From Lama glama (taxonomy: Eukaryota), in contig CM052845.1 of assembly GCA_028534125.1 (NCBI GenBank), positions 22,072,001-22,136,000 of the forward strand: a stretch of DNA of 64,000 nt, written 5' to 3'. Positions 26,801-39,657 of the stretch are shown here, in pieces. How positions within the stretch are numbered: the stretch's first letter is position 1; every line of letters begins with the position of its first letter. The position numbers and the translations under genes are program-made. The notes below the pieces were generated by a model that saw only the letters and a list, made by a program, of their open reading frames with translations, searched no databases and was not told the origin of the DNA.

Positions 26801-27379
26801 TCTGGAGAGTCAGTTGCTGGGAGTTGTTTAGAAGCAAGACTGTGGAGGCAGTGGCGCCACGATCTCTGGGACGTACCCACGTGAGCCCAAGGTGGCTGCT
26901 GATTATTTCTTCTATTAGCTTTGTCTTTTTGAGAATATTTTGCAAAGATAAATTTAATCCACTCCAGGGAATTAAGGCTGTTCAATATTCTAAGTCGTTC
27001 GATCTCCTAAAGGAGAGTAACCATTCGAGTGGTTGAGCACAGCTTGGACCCCCGTGCCTTTACAGGTCGTCAGGCACCCCTTATAGGAGTTGCTGAAAGG
27101 GAGGATGTGCACGCGTGTCTGACTGTGCGCGCTGCGGAAGGCTGCACATCACAGGGGTTTGGACGGGGTCAGATGCCACTGCAGTTTGTGAACTGGGAGA
27201 GTGACAGGACTTGTGCCTGAGTTAACTGAACATGACACCAGTTACTGAGATAACTGTGTGTGTGGGGGGGGGTGAAATGCACTTGTCACAGACGACTAGC
27301 AAGGGATATGTAACTTTGGGGAGTTTAGACATGCTGACGGGTGTGTCATCGTACATCTTTGTATAATGCAGTTACAACG

Positions 27380-29410
27380 TGTGATTTTTTTCTAATTGTT
27401 TTAATTTTTTGCACGTGCTACATACAAATTCTACATTAGATAGATGTTTTCTAAAATTTTTTCTCCCAGTCTACGGCTTGTCTTCTCACAGAGCAGAAGA
27501 TTTTAACTTCAAGGAAGTTCAGCTTATCAGTGTTTTCTCTCATGGTTGGATTAATATTCACCATGTTTATAAATATTTTCTGTTAATTCCATTTTTCTTT
27601 ATTTTTGTCCTCTCATTTTCTGCTTTCTTTGGTTTTAATTACGCATCATATATGATTCTATTTCATACCCTCGTTTGCCACATCATGTACACTTCTTTGT
27701 TATTTTCTTTGTGGTTGCCTTGGAGCTTGCCACGTACCTCTGTAAGGAGTCTCAGTCTGCTTTCAGGTAACTGTGTGCGGCTTCATACGTAGCTCAGCGT
27801 GCCAGTTCCTCTCTCCTGAACCTGAGGACATCGCTGTCATTCATTCCCTGTGTCCGTCTACTATAATCACCTAACACAGTGACTGCTTTAAATGAACACT
27901 TATTTATTTGAGCAACTGTAATTAAAGAATGTTTTATTTTACTTTTACAGTCTTTCTCCAACAGTCCTTTTTTCATGTAGACCTGAATTGTATACATACA
28001 TTATTTTTCTTCTCTCTGAAGACCTTTTTATAAATTTTCTCACAGAGCACATCTGCTGATACTGAATTCCCTCATTTTTATTTGAGGAACATCTTTATTT
28101 GTCTTTACTTTTGAATGGCACTTTCACTGGACAGGATTCTAGGCTGGTGTTTGTTTTCAGCATGTAAAACATTTCACTCCACTCTCTTCTTGCTTGCAGT
28201 ATTTCTCACATGAAATCCAACTTATTAATGAACCCATTGAAGGCATTTTTAAATTCTGTTAGTGTTTTTGGTTTCAAGCATTTTTTTCTTATAGTTTCCA
28301 TTTCTGTGCTTACTTGCCCAGCCTTTTCGCACTTTTTTTGTCGTTAGAGCCCTTAACGTATCACTGTTACTTTTAATTCCATGTCTGATAACTTTTGCAA
28401 ATTCTGTACTGCAACGAAGTGTGGCTCTGATACTTGCTTTGCGTCTTCGGGCGCAGTTCTCCTGACTTCTACCATTCTTTGCAGTTGTTTTGGTTGAGAA
28501 CTGGGTATGGCGTGTCAGGGAGTAGGAGCCAGGGCGAACGGCCTTCGGTGGGAGGCTTTGTGCTTGTTTGCCGAGGAGTCTGCCTGCCATCTGCGTTTGC
28601 TCTGGCCGTGGGTGCCGGAGGCGGCCCTTTTCCCCATTGCCCTGTTCTGGCGCCCGTGTTTCCTTTGGCCTTAGCTACAGCCTCCTTCTCAGATGCGTCT
28701 TTGCGTTGCTGCTGCTCCAGCTGAATCCGCTGCTTCACTGGGGTCCCGTCTGCATGGTGGTTGACTGTGGCAGAAGGAAGCCTTCTATGTCCTGATGGTT
28801 AAATCTCTGTCTTCAGGTGAGCCTGTGTCTCTGGGCTGTGACCTTCACAAGTGTTTCTTAGCTGCTTTCTTCTCTTAGGTGAGATAGGGAGGCTGGTGGG
28901 GGCTGGAGGGGAAGAAATGCTCCTTTCTCATTGGACATAAGTCTCTGGGAATGTCGTCTTCCCTAGAGAGCACACGCGTGGGGTGGAGTCTATTTTTCTG
29001 GGTGTATTTCATGAGAATTAATCTCCCCCTTGCTCTGCCAGAGCCAGGAGAGGCTCTTTCTTGACTCGTCACCAAGAGAACACGGTGGAGCTCCCAGAAG
29101 TGAAAACCACACAGGTGTGCTGCCCCAACACCGCGGCCCTCAGGAGAGTCCTAGTCCTCACTCCACCCTCAGCAATTCACCCAGTTTCCTGGTTGTGTTC
29201 CTGCCAGTGTTTGGCCTCTAGCGCTTGCTGCAGGGAAGGTCACCTGCACCTGTGACCCTCCGGACTCACCTGTCTCTCCAGATTTCAGGGTGATGGCCTT
29301 CTCTGCAACCTCCATCCCCCAGTGGGTCCAAGAAAAGTCACTGATTCTTAAGTGTGTTCAGCTTTGTCTTATTTTAAGAATGGAAGTGACAACTTCTGAG
29401 CCATGAACAT
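27380..29410 (-). mobile_element. Old L1 (L1MC/L1MD-like) fragments
   Basis: T-rich antisense L1 motifs (attctaggctggtg, ttcactccactctcttcttgcttgc, ctgtgaccttcacaagtgtttct, ccaagaaaagtcactgatt). Confidence 0.7.
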
Positions 29411-30247
29411 GTCAGAGCCAAACTGGAAGTTGTCTTTATTTACAGGAATTTCAAGAATCTTGCATTGTACGCCAACCCCGTGGTCTAGTCACATTCAAAT
29501 AGCAAATGTCTGTGCAGAGCTCTAGCCTCTTTCTATGCTGTGATTCTGCATCTTTTCAAAGCTGTGTTCTATCAGAGACAGCAGTGTAATGTAAGCTGTG
29601 ATTAAACTATACACGGACAGGTTTCTCAGGGCCGGCTCGCTCCACCTTACGTATCTCAGGCATTTTCTCTGTATTCAGATCAGCCCCGAGATCCTGAGTC
29701 ACACATTCTGGCATTTCTTTCTATCTTCTCCAGCTGTCTCATTCATCATTGTTTTATTCATTCCACAAAGCTTGCACCTACTCTGTGTAAATATTGCCTA
29801 AGATCAGTGTGCCAGATGTTATTATGTGGATAATGCAGTGAACACGTTATTTAAAATCCTTCTGCATGTGGTATTTAGATTTATAAATTAATGTTTTCTT
29901 TTCAATTTAATTGTATGTTCTTTGAAGGCAATGAGATCAGCTCTTGAAATTCTTTTGTAATGCTGTGTTCCTCCACACCCCAAACCATTTTTCTTTACGA
30001 AGACTGGATTAGAGCACTCCTGAAATGTCAAGAGGTCTATTTCAAGCAAAGAGCACTTGAAGGTCAAACTCATGCTTATCTGAATAGATCTTCAGGCTTA
30101 CCTGGTTAATTGAGGATATTTTCAAAAGTAATGGGCCAAAGCCTGTTGTACGTTCGGGAAATCATGTGATGCAGGGCTTTATTGTACTATATGTAGAAGG
30201 AAGATACAGTGATAACACAGAAGCTTTTTATTAAATTATTTCTATAA

Positions 30248-30500
30248 CATGAGCTTTGGAGTCTGATGAACTAGATTTTGCAATCCGGGTTCACCTCTTG
30301 TTAGCACTGTGCCTAGCAAAAAAAAAAAAAAAAAGGAACTTTAAGTTTTGATCTTCACACCTGTAAAGTAGAATTATAGAACATACAATTATAAATCATA
30401 AAAGAATTTTTCGTAAGGATTAAAAGACATAGCCTGTAAGGCACTTAGCGTCTTGTGTAGCACATAGAACACTCTTGACAAAGGGTAGCTGTTCTTACTA
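30248..30500 (+). mobile_element. MIR interrupted by a poly(A) tract
   Basis: gagctttggagtctga...[poly(A) 30318-30334]...gtaaggattaaa...gtaaggcacttagc...gcacatag...gtagctgtt. Confidence 0.75.
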
Positions 30501-30629
30501 TACACATATTAATACTCCGGGTTAGGGTTGGGGTTTCCGGATGAGTCTAGGAAAGTATCCAGTAGGCTCCGTAAGTGTTCATATTCTACCCAAGTATTCC
30601 TCAGAAACTTGGCGATCCTGTAAACTTTC

Positions 30630-30730
30630 GCCGTTTTCCCAGAAGCTGCACACTGATTTCCGTGGTGGCTGCGCCAAATCACATCCCGCCAGCAGCGTAG
30701 GAGGGCTCCCCCTTCTCCGCACCTCCAAGG
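30630..30730 (-). mobile_element. Short L1 fragment, unusually GC/CpG-rich
   Basis: cactgatttccgtggtggctgcgccaaatcacatcccgccagcagcgtaggagggctccccttctccgcacc follows the well-known antisense L1 ORF2 segment. Confidence 0.7.
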
Positions 30731-30899
30731 GCTTCCCTTGAGTGCGGGGGCTCTGGTCCGGGAGCACCCCCGTCACCCAGAAGCAGTGTTGCCAAGTTTA
30801 ACCAATAAAAACACATGACACCAAGCTAAGTCTGCATTTTGATGCATGAAGGAAAATTGTGGATCTTTCCTTGAGTGCCTGAAATTCACATTCACCTGA

Positions 30900-31045
30900 A
30901 TTACCTGTATTTTATCTGTCAGCCCGATGTGGGAGCGTTTTAGAAATAGAATCAAAAGCTCTACCTCAGACCTGTTGAGCTGGAATCTGCATTTTAATGA
31001 GAGCTTTAGGTAAGTTATATGCATACTGAATTTCAGGAAGTATGG
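30900..31045. mobile_element. MER5A-like hAT MITE
   Basis: ctacctcagacctgttgagctggaatctgcattttaatgagagctttaggtaagttatatgcatactgaatttcaggaagtatgg. Confidence 0.75.
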
Positions 31046-32714
31046 TGATGGAGTTTGGCCTCAGGCGGGAGACCCAGGTGAAGCATCCCCCAGACGCATC
31101 CCAGCTCTGCGTTCGGAGCGGTTGTCCGAGTCTGTGGCCGGGGTCCTGTTCATCATCCCCGGTCAACAAGGTGCTGCATCTCCTTGCTGTCAGGATTAAT
31201 CAACACGATTTCCAAATCGGTTGTAGCTCTTGGCGTTGTGTTATAAAATAATAAAAGAAAAATAATTCAGAAAGGTAGTCATTAGAATATTATTTTTTTT
31301 GAATAAAGCTCCTTTTAAAAATTACATTAAAAATATTTGGCCAAAGCTATCTTAGAATTTTTCTCAAGGCATTTAGAAGTGTATACTGGATTGTTCTCCG
31401 TCACCACCGCCCCTCACCCTAAACTCATATCCTTTTAGACTTTTATTTCCCCAATTTTTTACATTGTTTACTATAATCGCTTTTTAAGAATTACCTCAGC
31501 TATTTTAGCTAACTGTATCACCCTGAAAATTGATCTGTAAATTAATTAGCATGAACACATATAACAAAAATGTATATATTATATGTTACATCTATACTTA
31601 TATGTATGTGTAATGTGAGATACAACTCTCACTATCAGAAATAAGAATCCTTCATTACTTTTTCTGCAATACCTATAATTAAGGAGCAGTACTTTTTTAT
31701 TCTAAAGATCTTGTGCTGTAACAGCCCCGTGGGTGTTGCTGGTAGAATCCTTGCAAGTAGGAGCTGCTTAGAAAGGGTGGGTTGTGACGACAGCTCCTGG
31801 TCACACCTCTCCCAGCCATGGTGACCTTCAGCTGGTCGCTTCTCCTCCCAAACCTCCATGTCTCCATTGTTAAGATGAGCATTCCAGGGCACTTCCTTTC
31901 CCAGTGATGCTGTGTGGGTCCAGCGTGAGAAGACGTACGTTTAAGGCAGGGCTTGCCTCAGTGTTGCAGGGCTACCATGAAGGTCTCTGCTTAAAATATC
32001 CTGGTATTATTATTACTAATCATTACTCTCTCCATGTGGACTTCTATGAAAACTTAGTTCTTCTGAGGAGGGTGCTGTTATTATTTGAGTGTTTTTCTTA
32101 AAAAGTTAATAGGATGGTTTATTTTTGCTTTAAACAGAGTTAAGCACAGGTGTTGGCAGTTATTAGGAAGCAAGCTAAAGGAAAGCAGCTCGGACGGCAG
32201 GCCGGCGGTCGCCATGTGGGAAAGACGGATTTAGGGAAGATGAATAAAGCAGAGCTGAAGCTAAGCCCTGTAATTAAACCCGCGTCCACTGGAGGGATAC
32301 AGATAAGGCGAGGTACTCACACACGCTCCTAACATCGAGAAAGAATGTACATGTGTCGTAACTGATCCGTACACGTTCAAGCATCTGTTGACTCCAGTTC
32401 ACCCCAGACCCATTCAGGTATTTCCCAAGCTGTCCTGGAAGTTACCATTTAGTCATTGCGTGAATGCTTGGGTGACTTCTTGCCAATCTTGCTGGCTCGT
32501 TGTCTTATATAATGCAGCTCTGTCCCCATCTTGACGCTGCGGAGTTTTGTCACCTTTAAGCTATTCTGCTGTGTATTTTTAGGATGGTATCATTTGACCT
32601 GCCTCCACAGCATACCACTAGGATATCATTATTTTGTAGGCTGGTGAACACATGAACTCTCAGGCAGCTGGTCAGTAGTCCTGAGGGGATACTGGTTTTT
32701 GTTTGTTTGTTTGT

Positions 32715-34170
32715 TGATTAATAGATAATCTTTTAGAGCAGCTATAGGTTTATAGAAAAATTGAACAGAAAGTACAGAGAGTTCCCACAAACGCCCCCTC
32801 TTCCTTCTCGCAGTTTTCCCGGTTATTAACAGCTTACACTCGTGTGGCATGTTACATTTGTTGCAATTAACAGACCAACATTAATGCATTTTTATTAACT
32901 AACATCTACAGTTTACATAAGAGTACATTCCTTTTGTTGTATAATCCTCTGACTTTTGACCCATATGCATGATATCACCTATTCATTCTTATAATATTAT
33001 ACAGAATGGCTTTATTTCCCTAAAGTTCCTACAACACCTAAAATCGGGGCTCCACCCGTTCAGCCTCCCTCCTTCTGAACCCCTGGCAACTGCTGGGCTT
33101 CATACTGTCTCCATAGTTTTACCTTTTCCAGGACATCATACAGTGAGAATCACACAGCATGTAGCCCTTTCATTCTGGCTTCTTTCCCTCAGCAATATGC
33201 ATGCAAAGTCTCTGCATGTCTTTTCATGGCTTGATAGCGCATGTTTCTTAGCACTGAATCACGTCTGGATGTACCAGTTTATCTGTTCATTCACCTACTG
33301 AAGGATGTCTGGATGCTTCCGTATTTGGGCATTTATGAATAAAGCTGCTACAGATATTTCTGTGCAGGGTTTTGTGTGGACATAAGTTTTCAACTATTTG
33401 GGTAAATACCAAGAAGCATGCTTGCTGGACTGTGAGGTCGGAGTAGGTTTAGCTTTGTAAGAAACTGACAGGTTGTCTTCCAAAGCGTCTCTAATATTTT
33501 GCATGCCCAGCAGCAGTGAATGAGAGCTCCTTCTGCTCCACACCCTTTGGTGCTGTCAGTGTCGTGGATCACAGACATGCCGATGGAGACACAGGTCTCA
33601 TGGTTGTAATTTGTGGTTCACTAGTGATATACACTGTGGAGCATGCTTTTTTGCCATTAGTGTAACTTCTTTGGTGAGAGAGATTTAGCACATTTTAAAA
33701 TTGGGTTGTTTACTTTATTACTAGTAAAAGGATTCTCTGTATATTTGGGATAAAAGTCCTTTATCAAGCGTATGTTTTGCTAATATTTACTGCCGTTCTG
33801 TGGCTTGTCTCTTCATTCTCTTAACAGTGTATTTGATTGCAAAAGCAAAAGTTTTTCATGTTAATGACGTCCACTTACCAATTTTTTTCTTTTATGGATC
33901 ATGCTTTTGATTTCTTATCTAAAAAGTCATCACTGAACTCAAGGTCATCTATATTTTTTCTTACATTTTCTTTCTAGAACTTGTGTAGGTTTGCATGTTA
34001 CCTTTAGGCCTGTGATCCATTTTGAGTTAATTTTTGTGAAAAGTGTAAGTTCTGTGTCTAGATTCTTTTTTTTTTTCTTTGCATGTAGACATCCAGTTGT
34101 TCAAATACTATGTATTGGAAAGACTCTCTTTGACCATCCATTGTGTTACCTTTGCTCCTTTGTATTTCCA
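32715..34170 (-). mobile_element. L1MC-like LINE 3' portion
   Basis: tttagagcagctataggtttatagaaaaattgaacagaaagtacagagagttccca (L1MC 3' end) continuing into antisense ORF2 (gatccattttgagttaatttttgtga). Confidence 0.9.
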
Positions 34171-34967
34171 AGTTATCTTTGTCAGTATTTCTGAATTTTA
34201 GTCAATATCCTTGTTTGCTAAGTCAATAAATATCATACATAAATGATGATAAATTTACCTCTTTTTAAATTTTTTCTATTTCTTACTTATTCCTTGGCTA
34301 GAAAGCCAAAGCAATATAAACTCTAGTGGTAGTAGTCATCATTATTTAATTTTTTACTTTAATGAGAGTTGCTCTTTGTTTTACATTGAATTTAGCTTCA
34401 AAAGTGATGTAATTTTTCAGGCTATGCCAGTATATTCCTCTATCTAATATATAATATGTTTAAAAATTAGGAATAATGTCGACAACTTTGGAATGCTTTG
34501 CAAAAACTATGGAGGCTCTTCTGTTCTTATTTAGAGTATTTTTCACATTCAGTATAATAGCAATTTCTAAATGAGCAATCATCCTGGAAATAAAGCCTGC
34601 TGGATGGGGTGAATATGAGTTGGAGAGTTAGAAACATAAATTCAAATTAAAATGATAGGTAAATGTTTCACCTAACCCTTTTTCTTGTAATTAGGCCGTG
34701 TTAGCTGGATATTTTGGTCTCATGACTTCGTGTCTTACTAAAATTAGTTACCTTCACTATTTCCCTCTGTCCTGGGGCAGATTATACATTACGGGAATTT
34801 TCTGTTTAACATGCAAAATACATTATAAACCACGTGGGTGTGGATGAGAAGGCTTTGGGCAGAAATTTAAAGTGGAAAGAGGAGAGGGAGGAATTCTAAC
34901 ATTTAATGTTTGGTGAAGGAGGCTAGGTCTAAAAAGGAGAACGGAAGCCGTCCTTAAAAACGAGGAC

Positions 34968-35040
34968 GCAAGTGGCAGAGCACGTGCTTAGCGTGCCCGC
35001 GGCCCTGCGCTCAAGCCCCAGCACCGCCATTAAAGGAAAA
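34968..35040 (+). mobile_element. 5'-truncated Vic-1-like SINE, GC-shifted
   Basis: Aligns without gaps to the SINE at 13098-13206; approximate TSD aaaacgagga / aaaacgaaga. Confidence 0.8.
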
Positions 35041-35739
35041 CGAAGAGGTCACCTAGGTATCTCGGGCGGTCAAAACACGGAGGGGAGTGTTTCTGCGGCA
35101 ATTGTCACCAGTTCCGAATGCTGCTGAAGCCTGAAACAGAATACGGTTGAAGAACACTCCAGAGATGTAAAACGTGGCCCAAGGAGTGGTTATTCATCTG
35201 CAGTAATGTTCTGAACAGCACTTTTTATAAGAGCGAAAAAGGAGACATATTTTCAGGGATATGGTGTTGATGCAAGCGGTGTTCTCCTTCTGTTGCACTG
35301 ATACTAAGACTGATGTTGTGACAGGATGTTAAGTGACGGGACAGGAAGTTCCCACTCACACCTCAGGTGCGCAGGAGGAGCGTGCCAGGGTGCAGTCAGG
35401 TTTGTGAAGGACTTTTACTTTTGTCGTTTTTATCATTTTATTTATCTGCCTATTTTAAAGCTTCTACAACGGTGATCACGTTTAACTTGTGTGCAGGAAA
35501 AGGCCGTGAAGGTTCTTCTCAGGAAGGCGTGACCTCGGGTCCAGCTGCCGAGACCTCTGGTGAGCCCGCCGAAGGCTGTCCTGTGGAGCCGTGGTGCCCA
35601 CCGGCGGGTGGCAGCGAGCCTGGGAATGAAGGTAGGTGTGAAAAAGACGACAGTATGTACATACCGCTGTTTTGGGGTTCTGTCCTTGAGGGAGAGAAAA
35701 CAGTGACTAGTGGCCAGAGGAAGAGGCAGAGCTGAGTGA

Positions 35740-36130
35740 GGATTTGACTGTTTCCGTGCAAGTGTCTTCAGTGGTGACATTTTCCAGGTGCAAGACAAAG
35801 ACTGAATATCCAGTGAGAAGGGGTAAGGAATGTCATATTAGTGTAGTTGGACTCCAAGACGTGGGTGAAAAGTCAGTCTTGGTGGAGGAATTCGTCCCGG
35901 CGTTGCACCAGGAGACGACCTGGATGGATGCGGGAAACACGCACGTTGTTAGGAGAATGAGTGTGTTGTTTCTGGGGACTCCTCTTCTGTCTGTTAAGTG
36001 ACAGGCTGGGCTCATCCTCTGAGAGTGAGTGGAGATCGGGGGGTCGGGGTGAAAGGAGAAGGGAGACCATCTGGAACAGGACTTGTGAGGAGCAGGGGAG
36101 AGTGGACCTGAGAAACACGGTGGAACTGCA
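35740..36130 (-). mobile_element. L2 fragment (degenerate)
   Basis: Purine-rich L2-like motifs (cagtggtgacattttc, gagtgagtggagat, gggagaccatctgg). Confidence 0.4.
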
Positions 36131-36259
36131 TGGACTGCGTCATCCCAGAGCCCAGGGTCCTGTGGCTGGTGGTGAAGAAACCTTCTTCCTCAGGGGTTCA
36201 TCTTCCATGGCATCCAGGGGGTGGGTTCTCATAAAGCGGATACTTAGGTTCAGCAGTTA

Positions 36260-36368
36260 CACTTTAAAATAATACCTCTTGGGCTGCTTTGAAACGTAAA
36301 TGAGATAACGCTTACGGAAAGTTTAGATCATTGCCTGGCCCCTCAATGGAATATGAGTTAATAGTTCA
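36260..36368 (+). mobile_element. MIR 3' fragment
   Basis: aaaataatacctc...taaatgagataacgcttacggaaagtttagatcattgcctggc. Confidence 0.7.
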
Positions 36369-37945
36369 GTAATGACTTTTATTCCTGAGCCAGAGTTGAC
36401 TCACAGACTTAGACACTCACATGTGCACACAGACCCCTCAAATAAATATCTATGTATTAATAAATTAAGTATCCTTATATGCACGTATGTTATAAAGCAT
36501 CAATTTCAGTGATAACTCCAAACTTAGCATCTGATTATGTCTATTATACAGTTCAAATCCCTGTTTCTCTCATTGCACAATCCTCTTATTTCTGCGCGTT
36601 TTGATTTTATCCACTTTCCTTAGCGGTTTTCTGTGTCATTAGTTGTTTCAAATGATTTAACTCTTCGTCAGTTCAAGTGATAGTTTTCTCCAGTTTTTGA
36701 ATTCATTTATTTGTATTTTAAGACTGTTTTCTTCACCCATCCTGTTTTATTTCTGTCTGTTGTAACTTCTGTTCTTCTAATAAATCCTTATAAATCTTTA
36801 TTCTGCTTACTTATTATTTTGTTCACTGGATAATTGAAATAATTTAAGTCTAGGAGGGTCTCTCTGAGTCCTTGTTTGATGTTACCCCTAAGCCTAGGTA
36901 TCCAGTTTTAATAAAGGTGTTTTTTTTTTAATGTTACTCATTTCTTAATTGACCTCATATTCACTCATGGGCATATTGTTTTAAGAAGAGGTATATGGCT
37001 ATGTTCTGATTCGAAGCCTGTTGCAACGGGTAGAACAAACACCAGTTTGAACAACTCAGCCCTCACGACTTCACCCAAAAAGAATTCCTCCTGATCTTTT
37101 GGGGTATGTCTCTGGGGGACTTTGGGAACTTCATGGCTTGATAGAAGCCAGATGACTTGGAGGTGTGGAGTGAGTTTAGAGTTTTATTTCAATTTTTATA
37201 TTTTTTGGGTCTAAATAGACATTTTAATGGAATTACACATTACATATCAGGAAAATTTACGCTAAATGAATGCTCTGGAAGTTTGTAATTTTTTTTGCTG
37301 AAACTTTAAATCAAACATGTATTCATTGTTATTTGTTAGCATGTTGCTGTAGGCGGGTGGGTATTTCTGCATTCTAGCAGTAAACTAGGATTTACTTAAA
37401 ACCCATTCTGGCTGGTCGGTTGAATTAAACCTCTTCCTCGCTCCCACTGCTTCGGTAGTTTTGTGACCAAGCAGTTTTCATTCTCTCTTATTACCTTATT
37501 CTTGACACTTGAGGAAACAGAATGAGAAGTAATCCGTGGGCATCAGAGAAGATTTCCTTTATAATTTTTTTGTCTGAGAAATTGCTTTCACAGGCTGTCC
37601 CTGCAATGCTTGCTGTCTCTACATCTCCTACATCAAATGTTAAACTATAATATGACTTTACAACATCGTGTTTTATTAAGAGATTTCAGTGCTACCTTCC
37701 AACACTTTTTCTTTATTTTTTCTAATTTACTGTCTATTAGGGTTGCAGGCAGGGGGCCCGTGTGTTGTAAGAACTATCTTCTTTCCGGGTAGCATTCCGT
37801 TCTTGGGGCCGTTGATGAAATCGGGGCCATTCCAGTTGGAAAGAGAGCTATTTCCTTTTTTAAAGTTTATGTCCCACTGAACAATATTGGAACAAAATGT
37901 CAGAATATCTTCCAAGTGGTATCAATTTTTTTTACAGATTTATTT

Positions 37946-38518
37946 TGTAGGATAAAATAAAGGGAAAGAAAAATAACTTCCCCTCTACCCTTCTGGGTGA
38001 TAGCTGAGACCCTGTAATAAAAGGTAGATGTGCAGGAGTGAGACACACAGATATTTGATTAACATATTGACCATATACATGGAGATGCCCAGGGGAAAAA
38101 TGAGCTACTCTCTGAGGTGGCTTAGAATTCAGGCTTAAATACTTGAAGAGATTTGTAGGCCTCCTAGGGGAGTGGAGATGATTTTTAGGGACGGTGAAGG
38201 GTCCTTAGAGGAGCAGACAGGACGTGTGCTCGTCTGTGACAGCGTGTCAGGGTGTGGTGTCGACTTCTAGTCTCCTCTCTTGACAAGAGTCAGGCTTCCA
38301 TGGTCAATGAAACTCTGGGAGGGGATTTGTGACAGTTGGTCCCTTTTGGGGGCTCTGTCTCCAGGCAGATAAGGGGAGTTCAGAGAAAGCCTCTCCCTGC
38401 AGTTACTGTTTTCCAAGTATCCACCGCTCCACGTAAGCGTGTACCCAAGGGTGTACTTTGGGGTGTGTCCCGAACTCCTGCAGTCACATTTTTGGGTGAC
38501 ACACTCTGCCACCCTTCA
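37946..38518 (-). mobile_element. ERV1-class solo LTR (MER34-like)
   Basis: Starts tgtagg and ends ...gtactttggggtgtgtcccgaactcctgca (38482), then a second similar terminus ...tttgggtgacacactctgccacccttca (38518); both resemble the reverse complement of the MER34 5' end. Confidence 0.65.
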
Positions 38519-39544
38519 AGTTCTAAGTTCTGACCGTGTTGAGTAGGGAACAGTGTGGAATGTGGAATGTTAATTCAACAAAGTAATTTTCAACATAAAA
38601 CTTAATTGCGGGAGCCTGTTTATTTCTTGTTTTAAAATAAAACAGAGTATTCTGTGATAAAACATTTCACTTCCTGATGGAAATAAAACCATATGTTAGA
38701 GAGCAAAGCAGAATTTTTTTCTTACAAGCCCTTGTAAATATCTAATTAAAACTAATAAAAATAAGACATTTTAAAGTCAACGAATAATAAGATACATTTA
38801 GTTCTTCCGTCATTTCTGTGAAACTGTATCTTTCGCCTCCCCCTGAGCTAAATGACTTCCCTCTGCTGCACTTAGTCTTGTCTGTATTTCCTGCAGCTCC
38901 ACCCTACTCGGCGCCCCCTCCCCCTATGATGGGGGGTGGGGTGATGCTGATGACAGTTGTCCACTTGGTTGTCCTATTTATACTGGAGGCTCTTCCAAAC
39001 TCTGCCTTGCAGAAGCTAAATTAGACCTTTAAATTTCTCCAAAAAAGAATTCTAACCAGTCAGACGCATGGTTCCATGTCAGAAGAATGAAATGAGCTCT
39101 TTCAAATAAAAATGCTGGCCACAGCAAGCAGGTGCAGAGAAGCGTGGCCTGGACATACTGTGCTTGCAGAAACCAGCAGGAGAGAGCAGATTCTGCAAGA
39201 AAAAGAAAGATGCTGCAACATGATACCGTCCAGGTTGACATCTGATACAGCCCAGAAAGTATCACGATAATTTGCTTCACAGTTTATGACATTAAGTAGA
39301 TTCAATTCTTTATATGTCACTGAAATCTTGGAGGTGTATCATATCTAAAAAGATTTTTAAAAAATATACAGTTAATGAAGTGCTTGAAATGGTACTGAGA
39401 AAACGCTGTTAGAATGTGGCCTTTGTCAAAGACAGGCCACAATGAACATCTCAGCGTTCCAGTGAACCAACAGCAGGCATTTCCTAATTAAGAACGGTGC
39501 ATCACGGAGGTAAAGCATCGTGTTGCCACCCAACCCAACATAAT

Positions 39545-39657
39545 CACACATCAGGCCTTGCCTTCATTACCCCCCCCAACAAAGGCTCTTAAATAAGGCC
39601 ACATTCTGAGGCTCCTGTGATTCATAAAATTTGGGGGAACACTTTAACTCACTATAT
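39545..39657 (-). mobile_element. MaLR (MLT1) LTR fragment
   Basis: aaataaggccacattctgagg...aatttgggggaacactttaactcactata. Confidence 0.7.
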
